From Octopus bimaculoides (lineage: Eukaryota), in contig NC_068990.1 in NCBI RefSeq assembly GCF_001194135.2, forward strand, positions 40,056,715 to 40,120,714: a stretch of DNA of 64,000 nt, given 5' to 3'. Under the pieces are notes generated by a model. That model made no database searches. It saw only the letters and a list, made by a program, of their open reading frames with translations, and was not told where the DNA came from. Each line of letters starts with the position of its first letter. The first letter of the stretch is position 1. Positions 39,787 through 52,612 of the stretch are shown here, one piece after another. The position numbers and the translations under genes were made by a program.

Positions 39787-40319
39787 NNNNNNNNNNNNNN
39801 NNNNNNNNNNNNNNNNNNNNNNNNNNNNNNNNNNNNNNNNNNNNNNNNNNNNNNNNNNNNNNNNNNNNNNNNNNNNNNNNNNNNNNNNNNNNNNNNNNNN
39901 NNNNNNNNNNNNNNNNNNNNNNNNNNNNNNNNNNNNNNNNNNNNNNNNNNNNNNNNNNNNNNNNNNNNNNNNNNNNNNNNNNNNNNNNNNNNNNNNNNNN
40001 NNNNNNNNNNNNNNNNNNNNNNNNNNNNNNNNNNNNNNNNNNNNNNNNNNNNNNNNNNNNNNNNNNNNNNNNNNNNNNNNNNNNNNNNNNNNNNNNNNNN
40101 NNNNNNNNNNNNNNNNNNNNNNNNNNNNNNNNNNNNNNNNNNNNNNNNNNNNNNNNNNNNNNNNNNNNNNNNNNNNNNNNNNNNNNNNNNNNNNNNNNNN
40201 NNNNNNNNNNNNNNNNNNNNNNNNNNNNNNNNNNNNNNNNNNNNNNNNNNNNNNNNNNNNNNNNNNNNNNNNNNNNNNNNNNNNNNNNNNNNNNNNNNNN
40301 NNNNNNNNNNNNNNNNNNN

Positions 40320-42140
40320 GTGTCCTATCAGTATTTGCAAAGGGAATCCATCCTTCCCATCTCCAACCTGACGTGATACACACGGACCCGAGTTTCTGGG
40401 TATTGACCCGTCATCAGCGTGTGACAATCACCGGTTGTCGATGTAAAGTGGTTCCCAATGCAAATATGTATATCCTTTTTCCAGTGATGAAAAGTCACTG
40501 ATCTCGGGTCCGTGTGTATCACGTCAGGTCGGAGATGGGAAGGATGGCTTCCCTTTGCAAATACTGACAGGGCACAGAAAGTGTGTCAATAGATAGCTGG
40601 AGGAGATGTCTTCCTGGGGCTACAGGCTACAGTAGCATCCACCCTTAAGGGTTAGCCACATTTAAGTGGCAAATATATTTCATAATATATGTATATATAT
40701 ACATATATATGAAACGGAAGAAACAGCAGTTATCCAAACCCTCAACCAGTTATGTAAAACTATAGAAACAGTGATGCTCCAGAAGTCGGAAGAAAATCCA
40801 AAACTGAACAAGAAGATAACATCAGCCTGCAACGAGAAACCTCTGCAATCGAAAACACTATTAAACATATAAGGAACCAAAACTTCACAGCCCGTAAATT
40901 TGCCTTTTGGAACTTTATTTAAAGTAATAGAAAAGCGGAAATAAATAAGAAACGGCCTAATTCAACACCGATCATCCTCCCAAAGAAACCACAAATAAAA
41001 CTTATCGATAATGAACCCGAGCAACAACAAAACTTAGAGAATAGATGGTTCGTGACAAATTCAGAATGGAAACCCAGCTATTACGGCTAAGAGTAAATTC
41101 CAACGAAGAAAAAATATAAATGATTGATGCATAAATGCAAACAGAAATGTTTAAAATATTCAACGGCCGAAAAAATAATATTAAACTTTGGAAAAAAAAT
41201 GTGAATACGAGGAATTAACATCTCTTGAACGGTGGGACAGAAGCGTTCTTTGGTTCACCAATTATGAATCTCATTTTAAAAACAAGTATTCTACCGAGAA
41301 CCCATTCCTAAAGAAAGTTAAAATCCACAAACCCCATTCACAATTGATTAATCAAACACCTAAATATGGAAATTATAGTCACCACCAATTCCATAAGGAC
41401 AATTCAAGACTTTTTTGACAACAAAATAATCCAACTAAAACAATCGAAGTGTTCTGTCCGACTGGACTGAACTTTCCCTAAAACCGAAGACATACACAAT
41501 GGATAAAAAAAATCGATTTAAAAGACAATTACAGAAAGAAACAAAAACAATTCAGAACAACAAATGTACAAAATCGAAACGAAAGACCACAAGTTAACAG
41601 AAAAAAATGTCCTTGGATATATAAATAGCAGAAAAAGGAAAATTTGAAAAAATCCTTTTTTAGATCCAACCGACAAAGTTCTCGACACCAGATCGTACAA
41701 ACCGAAGATTATTAACCTATCGAAAAAAAAAAAAAAACTTTCTTGGTCGAAGAAATTAATATTTTGTCAAAAGACCGAAAATTTACCCAAACACCGTAGT
41801 ACCCGAATTCTGTGAAATTACAGAACAACATTTCACAGTTTTGTAGAAAACTACGCCCAGCAGAGGAGTTGTGCGATAAAGAAATCAGGGACGATTAAAT
41901 CGTAAGAAACCAGAGCAATTACAAGCCTACGAAAGGTAAGCTTCAGATAAATTTTGTGATTTTATTTCTGTCTTCCGTTATAAAGAACTTGCACAGCCTA
42001 AGATCAAGCCCAATATAAGTCGAAAGGAATGGGATATTATATACGAACTGAAAAACAAGAACGAGATTATAATTAAGGAAGCAGAGAAGGAAAGTACAAT
42101 AGTTATTATGGATGTTGAATACTACAAAAGAAATTAAATA
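40320..42140 (+). mobile_element. Penelope-like element remnant with inverted HHR-bearing pseudo-LTR
   Basis: 41700-42135: KIINLS..EEINILSKDRKFTQTP..FCRKLR..PNISRKEWDIIYELKNKNEIIIKEAEKESTIVIMDVEYY (decayed IxIKxADKG motif of the PLE RT N-terminus); 73-bp inverted arms 40320-40392 / 40503-40575 with 4 mismatches; linking the arms to the RT remnant is inference. Confidence 0.7.
40379..40423 (-). ncRNA. Type I hammerhead ribozyme
   Basis: CACACG-CUGAUGA-C-GGGU(CAAU)ACCC-A-GAAA-CUCGGG-UC^CGUGUG; perfect 6-bp stem I, GUC cleavage triplet, self-complementary ACUCGGGU stem III; C-A mismatch at base of stem II. Confidence 0.8.
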
Positions 42141-42387
42141 CTACAAAACATTTACTAATTTGAGCCATGAATCCCCTGTAAAAAAAAGGGCAGACTTCAA
42201 ACACTAGTCAGAAACAAGACAGCTGCGACATAAGACACGTCTTTCAATTTGAGCATTTTGAAAATCAATGTAAACTGTGAAACCGGTTAAAGCTTCAAAT
42301 ACATTAACAAAAAATATTTTAGCTATTCTCAGTGCATTTTCAACTTCTATTTTTTCCTATATAAATGTGTGCGTGTGTGTATGTATA

Positions 42388-42567
42388 CTCTTTTACTTGT
42401 TTCAGTCATTTGACTGTGGCCATATTGGAGCACTGCCATTAGTCGATCAAATCGACCCCGGGATTTATATTTTGTAAGCCTAGTATTTATTCTATTGGTC
42501 TCTTTTTGCCGATCGGTTGTCAAGCGATGTTGGGGAACAAACACACATACACAAACAAACATATATA
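42388..42567 (-). mobile_element. SINE family A, partial with internal deletion
   Basis: 3' half matches; TTTTGCCGA joined to TCGGTTGTCAAGCG. Confidence 0.85.
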
Positions 42568-43519
42568 NNNNNNNNNNNNNNNNNNNNNNNNNNNNNNNNN
42601 NNNNNNNNNNNNNNNNNNNNNNNNNNNNNNNNNNNNNNNNNNNNNNNNNNNNNNNNNNNNNNNNNNNNNNNNNNNNNNNNNNNNNNNNNNNNNNNNNNNN
42701 NNNNNNNNNNNNNNNNNNNNNNNNNNNNNNNNNNNNNNNNNNNNNNNNNNNNNNNNNNNNNNNNNNNNNNNNNNNNNNNNNNNNNNNNNNNNNNNNNNNN
42801 NNNNNNNNNNNNNNNNNNNNNNNNNNNNNNNNNNNNNNNNNNNNNNNNNNNNNNNNNNNNNNNNNNNNNNNNNNNNNNNNNNNNNNNNNNNNNNNNNNNN
42901 NNNNNNNNNNNNNNNNNNNNNNNNNNNNNNNNNNNNNNNNNNNNNNNNNNNNNNNNNNNNNNNNNNNNNNNNNNNNNNNNNNNNNNNNNNNNNNNNNNNN
43001 NNNNNNNNNNNNNNNNNNNNNNNNNNNNNNNNNNNNNNNNNNNNNNNNNNNNNNNNNNNNNNCACACACACACTATTTTCTCTGCTACTCTCTAAATTAT
43101 GGTATGCATTATTTTCTAAACTCATTCCGCCACAAATATGACAAAGAAACAAGGCAAATATTTTGAGTTCTTTTATTGATATAAATATGCTTAAAAAATG
43201 GCTATATCCTTTGTTTGACGTCTAAGCTGTCATCTGATGAGAACGGTTTCTTTCAAATTGATGTAATATTTTCCTTAATCAATTAAAGGAGCCACTTGAA
43301 ACGGCCGTAATGAATTGATACCTGTACATCTAGTACATTCTATAAAGTAATTAGAAAATCGCGTAGAGAGAGAGCAAAGTTTGAGAGAACTCTACTCTTT
43401 CCGAAAATAATTCTTCTCTTGCCAGAAAATAATTCACCCGGTAGAGTTTGTAAAGATGTTGGTATTACAAAGGCCATCATGCCACCATATACTATAGGTG
43501 AAAAATGAGGACGATGATA

Positions 43520-44042
43520 TACGAGTGTGAGCTGAAATTTCATAGGCTGACTATTAAGGAGTAATGCTAGAACTGTGAAATATTGTATGCATTCATTTCA
43601 ACTTATTTTATTAATAACTGCATTGTTTCTTTCCAGACAAACTGATGTCTGTTCAAAGAAGACTTTAAAAGTAACTTGTAGCGACCTCACTTGAAAAGGA
43701 ACAAAATTTGTGAAAGCACCCGTCCTCACCTGCTCCAAAGAAGACTGAGGTCGTTTCATCTGCATGGACAGCGATGGCCTCTGTTTTGGAGGATGCAAAA
43801 GGCATTGTGTTTATTGAGTATCTTCAAAAGAGAAGAGGTAATTGAAACATTCAGACAGTTTATCACAGCAAAAGATGAATATTTTTTTTTTAAAGATGGA
43901 ATATATGACATAGGGAAATATTGGGTAAACGTCATAAATGAACATGGATCATACCTTGATTAGATAAATCAGTTCTCTAACACTTCTGAAACATTTTATT
44001 ATTACCTTTCAAATACGACATTTCATTTGAAACAACCTAATA
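43520..44042 (+). mobile_element. Mariner remnants (two families juxtaposed)
   Basis: TACGAGTGTGAGCTGAAA left end; PAPKKTEVVSSAWTAMASVLEDAKGIVFIEYLQK; FFKDGIYDIGKYWVNVINEHGSYLD; right end TTTCATTTGAAACAACCTAATA. Confidence 0.8.
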
Positions 44043-44044
44043 AT

Positions 44045-44763
<719 letters not shown>

Positions 44764-44990
44764 CTATACATGTATGCGTGTGTATGTATAAATGCATATA
44801 ATTGTATTTATGTATACAAGCAGACATATATATACATAAAACATGCACATAGATACACACATGCAACATTTCTTTTCACCAGCGATAGCCATGATTGCTT
44901 CCTCACACTGCTTTTTCACATTGCTATTAATAATGTAAATCTATTAATATTAATATATTGATTTACACACACATACATACACATATATGA

Positions 44991-45028
<38 letters not shown>

Positions 45029-45268
45029 NNNNNNNNNNNNNNNNNNNNNNNNNNNNNNNNNNNNNNNNNNNNNNNNNNNNNNNNNNNNNNNNNNNNNNNN
45101 NNNNNNNNNNNNNNNNNNNNNNNNNNNNNNNNNNNNNNNNNNNNNNNNNNNNNNNNNNNNNNNNNNNNNNNNNNNNNNNNNNNNNNNNNNNNNNNNNNNN
45201 NNNNNNNNNNNNNNNNNNNNNNNNNNNNNNNNNNNNNNNNNNNNNNNNNNNNNNNNNNNNNNNNNATA

Positions 45269-45304
<36 letters not shown>

Positions 45305-46086
45305 TATATAGAAACGTCTGCTTCATACATATGTCTGTATTATTGGAGAAAATCATATTAATAATAAATTTGTAGGAAGATAAATGTTCATTAATTCACA
45401 AATATAGAACAATATATACGTGTGTATGTATTTGTGTATGTGTATGTATTTGTGTATGTACGTATGTACGTACGTACGTATGTATGTATGTATGTATGTA
45501 TGTATGTATGTATACTTCGAACAAATATTGAGAACATTATTCATAAAAGAGTTACAAATGTACTTTATAAAGTATGGTAGTACACAAGATACTGAATGGC
45601 TACTTAAGTTTCATGAAGATATATGAATCATTGATGCAGTCCAAAATTTCACACATTAGGTAAATTGTATGGTGTGTGATATTGCATGGTAGTCGGTCAT
45701 GGGCACTAAATGCGGAAAGTTGGAGCAGAGACGGTCAGCTACATTTATAATGTTTGTACAGGAAAACGAGGAACATAAATGGGCTGAGAGTAGAAATATG
45801 TCTCAGAGAAATCAGATGTGGTTTGCGAGGGGAAAAAGGAAACTGAGATGCATGTGAGATGGTTGGGCAAATAAGTACAGAATGATCAAAGTGGGATGAG
45901 TTTGTTGACGTGGAAAAGTACTACAAGATATGAGACGAAACAGCGAAAGCTGATCTCAGGATGCTGAACATCAAGATGATACAGTACACGGTGAGAAACT
46001 GCAAAATATGGTCTGATTGTGTTAGGAAAGACCTGTCTATCTCGTACGAATATAAAAAAAGCAGACATTAAAAAAGATAAAAATGG

Positions 46087-46174
<88 letters not shown>

Positions 46175-46286
46175 GATGAAGGTAGCGGTGGTGATGTTGG
46201 TAGTGATGATATTGGTGGTAGTGCTGGAGACACATCATGCCTGCATAATTGCAGTTCTATAATACAAAGATCGCAACACACACATA

Positions 46287-46327
<41 letters not shown>

Positions 46328-46994
46328 ACACACACACACACACACACAATATATATATATATGCGTACCTACATACATGCATATATACATACTAACATAC
46401 ATATATGTGTATGTGTGTATTTAAAAGTAATATCTGTATATTTATATGTATATATATATATATGTGTGTGTGTGTGTGNNNNNNNNNNNNNNNNNNNNNN
46501 NNNNNNNNNNNNNNNNNNNNNNNNNNNNNNNNNNNNNNNNNNNNNNNNNNNNNNNNNNNNNNNNNNNNNNNNNNNNNNNNNNNNNNNNNNNNNNNNNNNN
46601 NNNNNNNNNNNNNNNNNNNNNNNNNNNNNNNNNNNNNNNNNNNNNNNNNNNNNNNNNNNNNNNNNNNNNNNNNNNNNNNNNNNNNNNNNNNNNNNNNNNN
46701 NNNNNNNNNNNNNNNNNNNNNNNNNNNNNNNNNNNNNNNNNNNNNNNNNNNNNNNNNNNNNNNNNNNNNNNNNNNNACGTGTGTGCGTGTGTGTGTGTGT
46801 GTGTATGAATGGTATGTACACACGCATGCGCACACATATAGATGGAGGTATAAACACATACACGCACGCATAATATATATATCCCATACATCACAAAGAT
46901 GGCCAGCTGAATCACTTAAACACCAATTTTTAATGGTATTTCTATTGTAATTTTATTGATCTGTTCAGGATTTGGGTTCTAACTGGTATTGTTC

Positions 46995-47287
46995 TCGTTG
47001 CTGCCGCTATTATCGTAGTCGTTGCTGCTGCTGCTGCTGCTGTTGTTGTTGTTGTTGTTACTGTGGTTTTTGTTGTTGCCGTTGTTGTTGTTGTTGTTGT
47101 TACTGCTACAGTTGTTGCTGTAAGGTTTTTTTTTTCTTCTTGCTGCTACCAGCCTTGTTATCGTTCTTGTTATTGTTGTTGCTGCTGCTGCTGCCAATGT
47201 TGCTTTTGGTGTTGTGGTCGTTGATGCTGTTACTGTTGTTGTTAGTATTGTTGCCATTGTTATATTTGTTGTAATTGTTGCTGTTGC

Positions 47288-47347
<60 letters not shown>

Positions 47348-47360
47348 CGCTGCTGCTTTT
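46995..47360. repeat. (GTT)/(GCT) low-complexity block
   Basis: Direct. Confidence 0.9.
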
Positions 47361-47399
47361 ATAAATGCAGTTGTTTCTTTATATCATTAATAATTCTTT

Positions 47400-47635
47400 C
47401 TATTATAAGCACAAGGACTGAAATTTTGTGGAGCGGGATAGCTGATTACATCGACCCAAATGCCAAACTGGTACTTGCTTTATCGACCACAACAGGATGA
47501 AAGGTAAAGTCGACCTCTGCGGAATTTGAACTCAGAACGTAAAGACGGACGAAATGCCACTAAGCATTTCTCCCGGACAAAGAGCCAATAAGCATTTCAT
47601 CCGGCATCCTAGCAGTTTTGCCAACTCAGCCGCCC
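47400..47635 (-). mobile_element. SINE family C
   Basis: GGATGAAAGGTAAAGTCGACCTC..GGAATTTGAACTCAGAACGTAA. Confidence 0.85.
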
Positions 47636-47777
47636 AATTACATTAGTAATGATGATGCTGATTGTAGTGGAGGTGGTAATAATGGTGGTGAGGGTAATAG
47701 TGGTGCTGGTTGTCTAAGAGGTGGCCATGGTTGTAATGGCAGTGGCAATGATGATGGTAGTGGTGGTAAAACAAAAC

Positions 47778-48497
47778 CAAAAAAGGTAAAGATCCCCTTC
47801 GGTCATGAATGACCATGAGATTGCACCTAGAAAGTTCTTCTCCGAGGCACAAGTCCGGGCGGCGAATTTTTTTCCCACGAGAGTTCCGGACCATAGTTAT
47901 GAACTCATTTGCATACAGCCAATCAGAGCTCAACTTATCAAACTAATTTATGAGCGCATAACAAGTGATGGGCGATAAGATATGGTCACTTGGGTAAGGA
48001 ATGACCATGCTTCTCTTCTCTTTTAATAAAGCTCGTTGTTCTTGTTCTTGTTTTAACTATGGCTACCTCTGCGTAGTTATTTATGTTGTAGTTTACTTTG
48101 TAAAACAATAAGGGGAGAGGGTTGCTAGCGCATCACCCTATACCCACATTTTTCCCGTCCACATCTTTACCATATGGGGCCCTAACAAAATCCAATAATA
48201 GGTTTCCTTCTATCAGGCATAACTTGGCGATCGGTCGACTTACAACAGCGTTCTTCGTCTTGAGAGTGTGTTTTTTAACTTGACAATAAGGTCAAGGTGA
48301 GCTCTGATTGGCTGTATGCAAATGAGTTCAGTACTGGGGTCCGGAACTCTCATGGGGAAAAAATTTTGCGTCCGGGGAAGGTTGTTAATGGAAGACCAGC
48401 AGTCACCCATGCATACCAGCCTCCCCTCTCCATGCCACTGATGTTATCCAAGGGAAAGGCAAAGACCAATACAATTTGGCATCAGTGACATCACAAC
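47778..48497 (-). mobile_element. RTE-tailed non-autonomous retroelement fragment, interrupted by a MITE
   Basis: Tail reads GGGGATCTTTACCTTT on minus strand (resembles RTE/BovB-mobilised SINE tails); host sequence at 47778-47859 and 48377-48497. Confidence 0.55.
47860..48369. mobile_element. Octamer/CCAAT-TIR MITE, copy 2
   Basis: TIRs about 75 bp; GTCCGGG direct repeat at 47853-47859 and 48370-48376. Confidence 0.85.
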
Positions 48498-49045
48498 TCA
48501 GCTTTGGCAAAAACTTGGCAGACACGCGTCTCATACCCAAATCTTCAGTGATAATGGACTGAACTGAATTGTAACTAATCTGCACATTCTCTGATAACTC
48601 ACGGATGGTGATTCAACGACTTCCCCTCATAGCTGCATTGCACATCTGCGATGTTTTTTTCAGTTATGCTGGTTGCAGGTTTCCCAAAACGTTCGTCGAT
48701 ATCTACATTTTTTCGACCATATTGGAAACGTCTGAAACACTCGTACACTTGTGTGCGGCTCATACACTCCTCTCCATACATTTTCTGCAACTTTGCGTAG
48801 GCCTCTGAGCAGGTATCGCCAAGCTTTTAACAAAATTTGAAGCAGATTCTCTGCTCAACTTTCTGTCATGGTCAATGCGAGGATCACATGCTACACACGT
48901 TCTTTCCAAGCACTGCTGTAATCAGAAGATGTGAGCTAGAACGTTAAAACTTAGTGCACATGCACAACACTGATCAAGGTCAATCTCTGCCAAGTGGCTT
49001 TACTCTGCGTGCTTTAGTCTGGATACTTATTGATCAGAGAGCGTA
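48498..49045 (-). mobile_element. Mariner 5' half
   Basis: End TACGCTCTCTGATCAATAAGTATCCAGACT; MQKMYGEECMSRTQVYECFRRF..DERFGKPATS; ISYNSVQSIITEDLGMRRVSAKFLPKL. Confidence 0.85.
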
Positions 49046-50801
49046 CTTAGCTAATGTTTAAGTAAATATCAATATTATGAAGATAAGCCAGATAGAGAGA
49101 GGGTCTGGGTTAAAATTAACCTATAGCAGTGAGCATCAAGATCAAAATTAGTTTATGAGAGACTCAGCATGGTATATAAGGCACGGTGATTATTTGAGAC
49201 ATTTTTTTGGAAGGAAAATTGCGTGTCTTATATGCTATGAAATACGGTAGTCAACAGCTGAACTAGCGAATACAATTAAAGTGAACTGAGTAAAATTGAT
49301 ATAATTCCCAAGCAAAACTAAAGAATACGGTCAATAACTGATGTAGGGAGTATATAATCAAGGAGTGAATCAGAGATGGGAATCAGAGATGGGAATACTT
49401 CAAATAACTTCACAGAGATTTATTTGAATTAACAACCTACAATGAAACATACCAAATACTGAACGACACTCTGCAAACTCTATCCCATGACAATCTTAAT
49501 TAAATAGATAATAATTAATTTAAGATTTCATTAACATTATTGTTAATAGCATTGGTATTGTTCTAAGTGTTGTTGTCATAACGTGTCACTGTCATTGTTG
49601 TTGTAGTAACTCAGTTGTCAATAAAAAATTTGTTGTTGTTGTTAGTGTTGTCGTCGTTAAATGGTGATGGTTAGAGGTGGTTGCGTTGGTAGTGATGATA
49701 GTAGCGGTGATAGTTTGAAAGAGATGGCGGTGACTGGTACTAGTGTTGAGATTGGAAAAGAAACTGCTGTAGCAGATGTTGCTACCGCTATTGTTTGATG
49801 TTACCACCACTACCACTGCCACCGCCATCACCACCACCACAACCACCACCTTCACTACTACCACCCCCACCATCACTACTCTTGTCATTTAATCTGAGGT
49901 GGTTGTATGTGATATCTTTATATTCCACGTGTCATATAATTTAAGTTTATAATATATAAAAGATAGCGTGTGCTATCTTTATATATATTAACACGTGTGG
50001 TGTATATGCATCCTAGTATCCATTACATTCACTTCAGTAGTTATAACCTATGTGATATATTTTTTTTATTAACACTTGTCATGTAATTTGGTGAAATTCT
50101 GTATGGAATATCTTTATATTGACAACAGGTTGTATAACGTAATATTTTGTATGTCATATCTCTCTGTGAACTGCTGGATAATATATGTATTATATAAGTG
50201 TGATATATGTGATATGCTTGATATAAATGGAAGGATGTCATTAGAAGACATGATGTAAACAAAGATATTGCTGTATTGTTGAAACTATTTGTTTATTTAC
50301 CTATTGGATTAATATATCGTAAACATTTCCGGAGTTAACAGGTCGTGGTAGATTGGTTTTCATACATACATACACACGCATGCATATATGTCCGCGCGTG
50401 CATGCATACACACGCATGCATATATGCGTACGTGTGTGTGCGTGTGTATAATAAATTAAAATTAAAGATGAATAGGTAGTTGTAAGAAGAGAATATAAAG
50501 ATATGCAAATTTAGAAGAAAGCCAAGCGAATTTGGGAAGTGAAAGTTCAGGGAGAGGTACAAAACCAAGAAGTTCATACAATAGTCTTTCTGTTAATTCA
50601 AGCAAGATGGGTAAATAAGAATCCCGTGAATCACTAGTCACACACACAAGTATGAGAGTTGAAAGTGCAGCTAATTCTTTACAGCTGTTTCTGGGGCATG
50701 TAGTTCATTGAAAGCAGTTATGTACACTGTGGCAACGTGTACACAAAGTAGATTGGCGTATTGTATATGAATCAGCACAAGAGTAAGTTATATATATATA
50801 C

Positions 50802-50836
<35 letters not shown>

Positions 50837-51469
50837 TATNNNNNNNNNNTATGAATCAGCACAAGAGTAAGTTATATATATATACATGGGTGTGCGTGCG
50901 TGCGTGTGTATGTGTGTAAAGAGAGAGAAGAGTATTAATACTCCTGTTCAAAAAGAAATCGAACATTTAAGACAAAATTATTATTTTACTTGTCTCTCTC
51001 GGAATAGTTGTCCCCATTTTTTTATACACCGACATGGATGCAGTTTCTCTAGTTCGGAAACGTCTCCTTGAATGCGGCTTCAAGGGGAGCTTGCAGTTCT
51101 ATAAAATCTCTTCTGTCATCTGAAACCTGTGATCTAGCAGCGTGGATTACAACTTTTGTAACAAACAGAAGTTTAAAGGGTGAGAAACAAGTGTTATCTT
51201 GTGCTTTGCTAAAATAATCGCAGATGACTGACACGTAAATAGATGAAGTCATGGTATTTTATTGATGCTTCATTTGTCCATATTTCAGGCTTCTTCTTTT
51301 ACACAAATGCTCTCAAATGCTCCAGGTTATCAAACTCTTTATTGATAGACTGACTACGAAAAACAGCTTCATGATGAACGGTATGTTCCTAATACAAAAA
51401 TAATCAATGTTACCATTACATTTGAAGAATCTGATGTTTTTGTTCGCAGTGACGATAATCTAATCCATT

Positions 51470-51900
51470 ATGACGACTGGATTTTTTTTGTTTCGACATA
51501 ACGAAACCGTACACCGGCATTTCGAGAACCCTTTAGGACTGTTTTCAGAAAGTTTTCGACAGCATTCGAACGTTGAAACAGTTCTTTTTGTACATACATT
51601 TTGAAATAACACGATGCATTCTCGGTTTATCGTTTAATTTTTTTGAGTCAGAATCTTTTACAGATTCTCGTTTCTTCAGAAACTTTGCTAACAGACAAGT
51701 GACGATTTTCAGGGATCACAGCTGGGACTTCTGTAATGTAATCATTGTCTGTTGTTATTTAAGTGCGCCAATATTTGGAATAATCGTCAATGGATGTTTT
51801 TCCCAATTTGAAACGATGGAGCCACTCGTAATATTGTGTATCGTTCAAACACTTCATTTCATAAATCTATTGCATCTTTGGAAAAAGTTCCATAAAAGTT
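51470..51900 (-). mobile_element. Old mariner transposase remnant
   Basis: QYYEWLHRFKLGKTSIDD..ENRHLSVSKVSEE..ENFLKTVL..YVETKKIQSS*W. Confidence 0.75.
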
Positions 51901-52029
51901 CCCCCCCCCCCCGATTTGAAGCTGAATTTCCCCCACAAACACATAACACTTCCAAATCTTTTATTGTTCAATTTGAGAAAAATTGGTCAGTGTGTTACAC
52001 ATCCATTCAATCTAACACGTGCATCGAAC

Positions 52030-52460
52030 TCCAATGTCTGCTTTGGCATGGTTCTTACGGCTCGCTGCCCTTCCTACGCTTTACAGTGTCGACTGCATAC
52101 AGTTAAGGACGCCATGCAGTTCCCCTCACCCCTTAGCATGAAGCTAACCCCAGCTGCTTCAGTACGGTGGGGTGTCAGTTTCAAGCTAGGGAATAAGGGG
52201 ATTACTACAAGAGGAGCAGCAGAGCAGACTTTTAAACTAGCTCCTGCGGTGGGATAATTGGGCGTGAGATCATATATATATATATATATATATACATATG
52301 CATATAATACACATTGTAAGGTGGTTAGTGCTAGGAATGGCATCCAGTCAGAGAGATCATGCCAAAGCAGCCACTATGTTGTTCATGGAGTCATCAGATC
52401 CTGTCGAGCTTTTCAACCCATGTCAGCATGGAACATAGAGGTTAAATAATGATGGTGATA
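52030..52460. mobile_element. Inverted fragments of a V-domain-like SINE (minus 52030-52095; plus 52310-52460)
   Basis: GTCTGCTTTGGCATGGTT..TGCCCTTCCTA versus TAGGAATGGCATCCAG..CATGCCAAAGCAG; tail CAACCCATGTCAGCATGGAA..GTTAAATAATGATG; related copy at 53850-54010. Confidence 0.55.
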
Positions 52461-52539
52461 CACATGCACACACACATACCCATACATATACACACATGTA
52501 TATAGATAGACAGATAGAAAGATATAAGAAATTTATGTA

Positions 52540-52612
<73 letters not shown>

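Noticed and set aside
43225-43265. HHR-like CTGATGAGAA..TTCAAA
   Set aside because: No GAAA, no valid UH triplet or stem III
52135-52190. SECIS element
   Set aside because: AUGA present but no 3' GA for the non-canonical quartet, and no associated CDS
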